Positions 26,432-32,000 of a stretch of DNA of 32,000 nucleotides are shown here, in pieces (the stretch's first letter is position 1; the number at the start of each line of letters is the position of its first letter). The stretch comes from Caldimicrobium thiodismutans (GTDB taxonomy: Bacteria; Desulfobacterota; Thermodesulfobacteria; Thermodesulfobacteriales; Thermodesulfobacteriaceae), in assembly GCF_001548275.1 (NCBI RefSeq), contig NZ_AP014945.1, positions 1,020,001 to 1,052,000 of the forward strand, read 5' to 3'. Position numbers and translations under genes: made by a program. The notes beneath the pieces are model-generated. The model made no database searches. It had not been told where the DNA came from and worked only from the letters and a program-made list of their open reading frames with translations.

Positions 26432-26459
26432 TTGAAATTTAATTAATCTGCATTATAAT
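26432..26459 (+). promoter_or_regulatory. Sigma-70-type promoter for SRP RNA (and probably selC)
   Basis: TTGAAA (26432-26437), 16-nt spacer, TATAAT (26454-26459). The predicted start lies a few nt before the SRP RNA 5' helix at 26471. Confidence 0.6.
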
Positions 26460-26470
26460 TTTTCATTAAG

Positions 26471-26571
26471 GCTATTGGGGGCTTGTGCGACGGATCCCGG
26501 TGAACCCCGCCAGGCCCGAAAGGGAGCAACGGTAGCCGGGCTCTCCGGGTGCCGCAAGTTTCCCCAATAGC
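26471..26571 (+). ncRNA. ffs: Small (4.5S-type) signal recognition particle RNA
   Basis: The terminal helix pairs GCTATTGGGG with CCCCAATAGC. The conserved domain IV is CCAGGCCCGAAAGGGAGCAACGGTAGC (compare E. coli CAGGUCCGGAAGGAAGCAGCCAAGGCAG). It is a GC-rich island in AT-rich DNA. Confidence 0.9.
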
Positions 26572-26589
26572 CCCTTGCATTTTTTAAAT

Positions 26590-26682
26590 GGAGGCGTGAG
26601 GGGGCTGGTGCCCCTCCCGGGCTTCAAACCCGGTGCACCCCAAAAAGGGGTGGGTGGGTTCAATTCCCATACGCCTCCGCCA
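26590..26682 (+). tRNA. selC: tRNA-Sec (anticodon TCA), CCA encoded
   Basis: 8-bp acceptor stem GGAGGCGT/ACGCCTCC. 6-bp D-stem GGGGGC-TGGT-GCCCCT. Anticodon arm CCGGG-CTTCAAA-CCCGG. Long variable arm CACCCC-AAAAA-GGGGTG. 5-bp T-stem GTGGG-TTCAATT-CCCAT. Discriminator G plus CCA. This is the bacterial 8/5 tRNA-Sec architecture. Confidence 0.9.
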
Positions 26683-26769
26683 TAAGGATAAATTGGCCCC
26701 CCTCATTTTAACCAGATCATTTTTTATCTCCTTTCTTTCTCTATGCTATCATTCTGGAGGATATAACCT

Positions 26770-28194
26770 ATGCTTAAAAGGGTAATTACCTTACTCTTAA
26801 TTTTTGTTTTTATTACAATCACCCCTCTTAAGGCTCTAATTTCCCTTGAGGAGGAAGAGAAAATTGGTAAAGAAGTGTTACAGGAGGTTTCCAGAAGTCT
26901 TGAGATATTAAAGGATGTGGAGGCTGTAACTTATGTCAATCTACTTGGTGAGCTTCTTTCTCAAAAAGGGGTTTCCTTTTCTCCCTTTAATTTTCGTTTC
27001 TTCATTATCAAAGATAAAACTTTCAATGCCTTCTCCGTTCCAGGGGGCTATATATTTTTAAATACAGGACTTTTTGAGTCTCTTGAAAGTGAGGATGAGC
27101 TTGCTGGTATTCTGGCCCATGAAATGAGCCATAATTTAGCAAGGCATGTAGCCAAGAGGATTGAGACTATTAAAAAAATGCAGATAGCTACAACTGCAGC
27201 AACCTTAGCAGCAATTTTTCTTGGTGGCGGGCAGGCAGGACAGATTGTGGGGATTACGGGAACTGCCTTGGCTCAGACCAAGCTTCTTGCTTACAGCCGA
27301 ATGGATGAAGAAGAGGCAGACCGCATGGGTTTTGAGATTCTCACCAAAGCAGGATTTAATCCTCAAGCTATGGCACGGGTCTTTCAAAGGCTATCCAAGG
27401 AAAGCTCCTTTGCCATAGAATTAAATTATCGTTATCTCCTTACCCATCCTTTACCTCAGGAAAGATTGAATTATCTGCAAAATCTTGCAGAAAGGAGTGC
27501 CATTCCCTTCAAGGATCGCTATACCCTTTCGGGAGATCCCTATTATTTTTTAAGATTAAAGGCAAGAATTCGGGGTGAAGCCGAGGACTCAAGTGACCTT
27601 ATTCTGGTTTTAAAGGCCCAGCTAAAGGAAAAGGATGATCCCCTTTTGCGCTATCAATTAGGTATTGCCCTGATGGAGAGTAGATTTTTTGTTGAGGCAG
27701 AAAAAGAACTTACCACAGCCTTAAAAGGTCTTCCCTCCAGAGATTACTTTAAACTTGATCTTGCAGAGCTTTACTTTCAAAAAGGTGACTATGTTAAGGC
27801 CAGAGAGATCCTAAGTGCCCTTTCTTTTTCTAAATCAGGACTTGGAGAAATCCTGGAACTCAAAAGAAAATATCTCTTAGCCCGAGCCTACTCTGAGACA
27901 GGGGAATTAAACCAGAGTTATCAAATTTTTAAGGCCTTAGATGAAAACAAATTCCTCAAACAGGATCCCTTTTTTTATTACCACTTTGGTCTTCTCTGTT
28001 CCCGTATGGAGCTCTTAGGGGAATCCCATTTTTATTTTGGGAAATACTATGAAAATAGAGGAGACTTTAAGACAGCTGTCTTTCATTACAAAAAAGCCCT
28101 TTCCTTTTTACAAAAAGACTCTAAAATGTATTTAGAGGCAGAAAAAAAGGTGAAGGACCTTGACAGAGGTAAAGAAAAGAAGGTTTTACCTTAA
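26770..28194 (+). CDS. M48 family zinc metalloprotease with C-terminal TPR repeats (BepA/YfgC-like)
   Basis: Signal peptide, HEMSHNLARH (HExxH), a downstream EEEADRMG, and an approximately 200-aa TPR-like helical repeat region. Confidence 0.85.
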   Translation: MLKRVITLLLIFVFITITPLKALISLEEEEKIGKEVLQEVSRSLEILKDVEAVTYVNLLGELLSQKGVSFSPFNFRFFIIKDKTFNAFSVPGGYIFLNTGLFESLESEDELAGILAHEMSHNLARHVAKRIETIKKMQIATTAATLAAIFLGGGQAGQIVGITGTALAQTKLLAYSRMDEEEADRMGFEILTKAGFNPQAMARVFQRLSKESSFAIELNYRYLLTHPLPQERLNYLQNLAERSAIPFKDRYTLSGDPYYFLRLKARIRGEAEDSSDLILVLKAQLKEKDDPLLRYQLGIALMESRFFVEAEKELTTALKGLPSRDYFKLDLAELYFQKGDYVKAREILSALSFSKSGLGEILELKRKYLLARAYSETGELNQSYQIFKALDENKFLKQDPFFYYHFGLLCSRMELLGESHFYFGKYYENRGDFKTAVFHYKKALSFLQKDSKMYLEAEKKVKDLDRGKEKKVLP

Positions 28195-28729
28195 GGGCTT
28201 TAAAGCTTCAATAGCTGTCTTATTTTTATTTACAGGAATAGCTTTGGCAGGAGGAAAGGCTATGCAAATATCTTCTCCGGCCTTTTCAGATAAAGGTAAG
28301 ATTCCAGTTAAATATGTAATGCCTGGGGCTGGAGGTAAGAATATATCTCCTCCTCTTAAGTGGGAGAGTATCCCTGAAGGGACTCTATCCCTTGTTTTAG
28401 TCTGTGTGGATATTCACCCCGTTGCCAGAAACTGGATTCACTGGGTTATAATCAATATCCCCCCTACAGTAAAGGAATTTAAAGAGGGAGCTTCCATGAA
28501 AGAGATTTCTCCTCCAGCTAAGGAATTGATCAACTCTTTTGGATTTAAGGGTTGGGGAGGACCACAACCCCCTCCTGGCACAGGGGATCATCCCTATGTT
28601 TTTAAACTTTTTGCCCTCAAAGTTTCAGAAATAAAACTTACAGAAAAACCAAGCTATAAAGACCTTTTAAGGGCTTTAAAGCCCCATGTGCTTGCCGAAG
28701 CTGAATATACCGGCTATTTTGGAAGGTAA
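28160..28729 (+). CDS. PEBP family protein (YbhB/YbcL-type), probably secreted
   Basis: SPAFSDKGKIPVKY, SPPLKW, LVLVCVDIHPVARNWIHWVIINIP, and GWGGPQPPPGTGDHPYVFKLFAL. A signal-like N-terminus appears if TTG 28160 is used. The start is uncertain. Confidence 0.85.
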   Translation: MTEVKKRRFYLKGFKASIAVLFLFTGIALAGGKAMQISSPAFSDKGKIPVKYVMPGAGGKNISPPLKWESIPEGTLSLVLVCVDIHPVARNWIHWVIINIPPTVKEFKEGASMKEISPPAKELINSFGFKGWGGPQPPPGTGDHPYVFKLFALKVSEIKLTEKPSYKDLLRALKPHVLAEAEYTGYFGR

Positions 28730-28739
28730 AGGAGGTCAA

Positions 28740-29006
28740 ATGGAAAAGGTCTTAGCTACTGGTAAGACCCACAAAATAAAAGTTAAAAAACCCTTTCTTT
28801 TGCCAAGAAAGGAAAAGATAATTTGTCCCTTTTGTGGTAATTCTGAGGAATTTTATGATATTATTGAAAATGCCACCTTTTATATCCACTATCTTCAAAC
28901 TGAAGAGGGTCATTTAGAACCTGTAGAAGAGGAGGCAGAGGTTCTGGGGCCAGTTAAGTTTTTCTGCGGATCCTGTAATGCTGATCTTACCTATCTCAAA
29001 AAATAA
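28740..29006 (+). CDS. Small zinc-ribbon protein (two CxxC pairs), function unknown
   Basis: 88 aa from ATG 28740 with a strong RBS AAAGGAGGT. The motifs CPFCG and CGSCN are separated by about 45 aa. Gaps are 10 nt to the upstream gene and 6 nt to the downstream gene. Confidence 0.55.
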   Translation: MEKVLATGKTHKIKVKKPFLLPRKEKIICPFCGNSEEFYDIIENATFYIHYLQTEEGHLEPVEEEAEVLGPVKFFCGSCNADLTYLKK

Positions 29007-29012
29007 ACCCTG

Positions 29013-29798
29013 ATGTCCCCTTTTTATGTCATTCCTACTTATCAATCCCTTTTAAGAAATTTTCCCCTTTTAAAAAAGGGGGACCTCCTTTTAACCAGAA
29101 TTCCCATCAGACCAGATAACTTCCATCTTATTTTTGATCTTCAATGTCGTGAAGTCATATCTTTTCCAAGCTTTCTGTCACAGATCCTGAGTGCCTCAAA
29201 GGTTGCTCAGGCAGAAATTTTGAGAGAATTTATGCCTCCTTATACCTATGTTATCAAAAATCAGGTCTCTCTTCTTCAGGTTATGCAAAATCCCCCACCT
29301 TATGCAGGTTTTATCACTAAAAAGGATCAGGCTAACTGTGGATTAGGAGTTAAACTCTGGAGAGATCTTGAGGAGCTTTTTAATCTTGCTGGAACGCAAG
29401 CCCTTGAATTTCCCTTTGTCTTACAGCCTTTATTTAGAGACTGGAAGGACTTGAGAGTGATTGTTCTTGGTGAGCTTTATAAGGAGGCCTATTTAAGAGA
29501 AAACCCGGACAACTTCAGACAAAATCTTTTCTTTGGAGGAAAAGCAACTCCCTATGAACTATCTGAGGAGGAAACCACCTTTTGCAAAAGAGTGATGGAA
29601 AGAGGAGGTTTTTTCTTTGCTCATCTTGATCTTGCCTATATTGAAGGAAAGGGCCCCTATCTCTCTGAAATCAATCTGAAGGGTGGTATAAAGGGTGCCT
29701 CCATTAAGCCTCTTGAATATGAAAAGATACTCCACCGGCTAAGAGAGGATTTTTTCAATCACTGGAAAGAGGAGCATCAACCCTTTGAAATACTCTAA
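29013..29798 (+). CDS. RimK-like ATP-grasp ligase domain protein
   Basis: FITKKDQANCGLGVKLW is a K...G.GV ATP-binding loop. LRVIVLGELYKEAYLREN..NFRQNLFFGGKA matches the R.N...GG motif. FAHLDLAYIEGKGPYLSEINLKGGIKG matches the D....E.N Mg-ATP site. 261 aa. Confidence 0.7.
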   Translation: MSPFYVIPTYQSLLRNFPLLKKGDLLLTRIPIRPDNFHLIFDLQCREVISFPSFLSQILSASKVAQAEILREFMPPYTYVIKNQVSLLQVMQNPPPYAGFITKKDQANCGLGVKLWRDLEELFNLAGTQALEFPFVLQPLFRDWKDLRVIVLGELYKEAYLRENPDNFRQNLFFGGKATPYELSEEETTFCKRVMERGGFFFAHLDLAYIEGKGPYLSEINLKGGIKGASIKPLEYEKILHRLREDFFNHWKEEHQPFEIL

Positions 29799-31540
29799 GA
29801 TCCTTCAAGGGCAGGGAGAAAAAATCTCTTTATAACACTTTCCCAGTCAAGTTTACTCAGATAGGGCTGAGTCTTTTCATAAAGGTAAAGTCTTTCCTCT
29901 TCTGTTTTAGGCAATTTCTTGTAGATTAATTCTGAATATTTAGCTATAGCTAACTCTTCAAGGACATCTCTTTTATCCTCAGAAAGAGTTAAGAGAAGCG
30001 TTTCAGGAAGGTCCTTAGCAATCTCTACAAAATTTATAGCCACATAGGGTTTAAAGTCTTCTGAAAAAATCTTTTCAAGAAAAAAATAAACCCCGCAGGA
30101 GGTTGAAAGCAGAGAAAGACCCCCGGATGGAAGAACTTCAATATGAGAGATTCCAAAGGGTTCATAGATGGAAAACCCCAATTCCACATCACTTGCCAGT
30201 CTTAAATCTCTGGTGGTTATGTCTTCAGGAAAATCAATACCACATTTTCTTTTGGATAATCCAAATTGATTAATAAAAATAGCTTTAATAGCTTTAGCTT
30301 GGGAATTAAATTTCTCAATAAGTTGGTAAACTTCAATTTCATAGCCTACCAGATCTGGCCAACCAATTTTGTGTTCAAAGGGCCAGCCATATTCCTGGAC
30401 CATTCGGTCAACAGCCTCAACAGGTCTTCCCTGGGGGACTTGTGAAGCAAGAAGAAAGAAGATCCCTTTTAGGTTTTCCCTTGCAAGCAGGGAATCTAAG
30501 AAGAAAAAGAGTTTTATATCCCTCCAGACACCTTTACTTTTAACTAATCGACAGGCATGAGAAAAAATAAGGTCAACCCTATCACATCCCTTTTGACTTA
30601 GACATTTGGAAAATTTTTTCCTGCTAAGTTGAACCTCTTCAAAGGATATGTGATCTACAGACAGGCCATTATAAACTACCTTAATCTTTGATGGATCTGC
30701 TTCTGGGACAAGAAATTTATATTCCTCAGCAACAAGATCGCCTACTGCAAATATTTTATCAAAGCGGTGAGCCAGTTTCACAAGGGCTGTTCTATACCAG
30801 TCCATCTGAGGTCCAAATATCTCTTCAAGACTTCGTTGGTTAGCTTTGGACTTTTCAAGAAGATTATAAAAGGTGATATCATGTCCAGGCAAATTTTCCA
30901 CAATTCTACGAACCGGTGCTACCTCATGGGCATAAAATATTCTCTGATGCTTTTCAGGATTAAATTCAGGGTGAAGTTCAAGAGCTAATAGAGAGGGAAT
31001 TCCCATATACTCATGTCCAAAATGGTAAAATTTTGAGGCTTTTGGATATAGTAGTTTTAAAAATTCAAGATAGCAGAAACTGATTCTAAGATACTGCTCA
31101 TAGTCCCAATCTCGTTCATATTTATCTGAGGAAAGCCCAAATTTTTCCCAAAAGAGGTATTTTTGATAAATTACCTCCTCCTTTTTCATCTGGGTTATGT
31201 CAACAAGCAGGACATCAACCTTTGCCTGACGGGAAGGATTTAATTCACTAAGGAGGCGTCTTTTCCCATATACAATATCAATGTTATATTTTTCAAGAAC
31301 AGGTTTGAAAAGTTCACCAAAGTGGCCTGTGTCATAGTGATCTTTACTGGAATAGTAAACAACTCCGTCTTTTCCAAGGCGCGTTGAAGCAGAGCCAATG
31401 TATTCAAAGAGGGGGCCATAAAAGAGGGTCTTTTCAAAAAAGTTTTGATAACTTGGAGCTGTGCAAAGCCCTGCGAGAACTTCTCCAATGCCACCAATTT
31501 TATATAACGCCTCATGCGATATGTGTATAGCCACCTTCAT
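29795..31540 (-). CDS. GT-B glycosyltransferase resembling glycogen/starch synthase
   Basis: The N-terminus MKVAIHISHEALYKIGGIGEVLAG is the KxGG(I/L) donor-binding motif of glycogen synthases. The C-terminal half has YEPFGISHIEVLPSGGLSLLSTSCG (E-x7-E-like region). GT3 versus GT4/5 cannot be resolved by eye. Confidence 0.65.
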   Translation of the reverse strand: MKVAIHISHEALYKIGGIGEVLAGLCTAPSYQNFFEKTLFYGPLFEYIGSASTRLGKDGVVYYSSKDHYDTGHFGELFKPVLEKYNIDIVYGKRRLLSELNPSRQAKVDVLLVDITQMKKEEVIYQKYLFWEKFGLSSDKYERDWDYEQYLRISFCYLEFLKLLYPKASKFYHFGHEYMGIPSLLALELHPEFNPEKHQRIFYAHEVAPVRRIVENLPGHDITFYNLLEKSKANQRSLEEIFGPQMDWYRTALVKLAHRFDKIFAVGDLVAEEYKFLVPEADPSKIKVVYNGLSVDHISFEEVQLSRKKFSKCLSQKGCDRVDLIFSHACRLVKSKGVWRDIKLFFFLDSLLARENLKGIFFLLASQVPQGRPVEAVDRMVQEYGWPFEHKIGWPDLVGYEIEVYQLIEKFNSQAKAIKAIFINQFGLSKRKCGIDFPEDITTRDLRLASDVELGFSIYEPFGISHIEVLPSGGLSLLSTSCGVYFFLEKIFSEDFKPYVAINFVEIAKDLPETLLLTLSEDKRDVLEELAIAKYSELIYKKLPKTEEERLYLYEKTQPYLSKLDWESVIKRFFLPALEGS

Positions 31541-31579
31541 AAGATTTTCCCCTTTGAAATCTTTATTAATTTTTCAAGT

Positions 31580-31607
31580 ATCATAAAAGGATATTTCCTT
31601 ATGTCAA
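31580..31607 (-). promoter_or_regulatory. Sigma-70-type promoter for the glycosyltransferase gene
   Basis: Minus strand: TTGACA (31607-31602), 16-nt spacer, TATGAT (31585-31580). A second ATATTGACA copy sits 13 nt upstream. RBS AAGGGGA precedes ATG 31540. Confidence 0.5.
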
Positions 31608-31620
31608 TATATTTTGTCAA

Positions 31621-31775
31621 TATAAGCCTCTTTCCCTTTCCCCACCTCTAAAAACATAAGTTCCTATCCCTACAAAAAAAAAGAAGGGTTGGAAAAGGAG
31701 GAAAGTTCATTTTCCTACAACAGAAGCAGTAGAAAAAATCCTCTTAAGTTTCAAAAGATATGGACATAAATACTC
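31621..31775 (+). repeat. Intergenic repeat family copy 5 (long-form 3' half plus an inverted pyrimidine-tract fragment)
   Basis: TATCCCTACAAAAAAAAAGAAGG...CATTTTCCTACAACAGAAGCAGTAGAAAAAATCCTCTTAAGTTTCAAAAGATATGGACATAAATAC. The preceding CCTCTTTCCCTTTCCCCACCTCT resembles the complement of the purine tract. Confidence 0.7.
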
Positions 31776-31803
31776 TTGACAAACCTCAAATTCAGGTTAA
31801 TTT
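31776..31803 (+). promoter_or_regulatory. Sigma-70-type promoter for tRNA-Lys
   Basis: TTGACA (31776-31781) directly abuts the repeat terminus. After a 16-nt spacer comes TAATTT (31798-31803). The tRNA starts at 31830. Confidence 0.45.
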
Positions 31804-31829
31804 TTAAAATATTTTGATTTAACATAACA

Positions 31830-31902
31830 GGGCCGCTAGCTCAATTGGTAGAGCAATGGACTCTTAATCCATAGGTTGGAGGTTCGAGTCCTCCGCGGCC
31901 CA
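31830..31902 (+). tRNA. tRNA-Lys (anticodon CTT), no encoded CCA
   Basis: Cloverleaf: GGGCCGC / GCTC-AATTGGT-AGAGC / ATGGA-CTCTTAA-TCCAT / AGGTT / GGAGG-TTCGAGT-CCTCC / GCGGCCC-A. Confidence 0.95.
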
Positions 31903-32000
31903 TTTGTTTCTTTGGTTTCAGGGTTAAAAAATCTGAAGGCCTTTTGAGCCTCTTTTGTGCCCCTTGAAAACTAAGCTAATCTTCCCTTTCGTTGCCCATC

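Noticed and set aside
26472-26663. 63-aa minus-strand ORF (MNPPTPFWGAPGLKPGRG...)
   Set aside because: It lies entirely antisense to the SRP RNA and tRNA-Sec genes. Its Pro/Gly-rich translation is the by-product of GC-rich structured RNA sequence.
1-32000. Search for selenoprotein genes (in-frame TGA joining adjacent ORFs) prompted by selC, and for transposase/integrase genes that could mobilise the repeats or mark an island at tRNA-Lys
   Set aside because: No adjacent same-frame ORF pairs separated by a single TGA were seen. No transposase or integrase-like ORF is present. Only about 100 nt follow tRNA-Lys before the window ends, so an island there cannot be assessed.

Overview
This is 32 kb of a low-GC (roughly 40%), tightly packed bacterial chromosome with about 31 CDS and 3 stable-RNA genes. 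Proteins are K/E/L/F-rich and the RNA genes are sharply GC-rich, which is the usual thermophile signature. Any lineage guess (Thermodesulfobacteriota- or Aquificota-like) is inference only. Content is mostly housekeeping. The left end carries an iron cluster: a partial ferritin-like gene, lptD, and a minus-strand fur-feoA-feoB-metallophosphoesterase operon. Next come lapA-like, a serine hydrolase, an AAA-ATPase/PD-(D/E)XK protein, a stand-alone TrpB2, pgi, and a hemB-rlpA-rnc-DUF72 operon. A long minus-strand operon runs ffh-smpB-sbcC-mobA-response regulator(HD-GYP). After it come an Rrf2 regulator, a histidine phosphatase, a TauE/TSUP permease plus a small membrane partner, then SRP RNA followed 18 nt later by tRNA-Sec (selC). 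The right end holds an operon of M48/TPR protease, PEBP, a small zinc-ribbon protein and a RimK-like ATP-grasp, then a glycogen-synthase-like glycosyltransferase and tRNA-Lys(CTT). I see no transposase, integrase, CRISPR array, toxin-antitoxin pair or canonical defence operon. The most unusual signal is a dispersed intergenic repeat family with 5 clear and about 2 degenerate copies of roughly 100-275 bp. It has a conserved 3' terminus (AAAAGATATGGACGCATAC). In three copies that terminus lies exactly 6 nt upstream of a near-consensus TTGACA-N16/17-TAAAAT promoter. The repeats also have a conserved 5' core (ATCCTTACAAGAAAAAG) and a variable purine heptamer tract (GGTGAGA)n. Secondary candidates are the zinc-ribbon/ATP-grasp pair, the Cys-tailed FeoA with a phosphoesterase translationally coupled to feoB, the ffs-selC tandem, an orphan sbcC in a translation-factor operon, and an apparently leaderless AAA-ATPase/PD-(D/E)XK gene. 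All functional calls come from motif recognition by eye; no database search was run.
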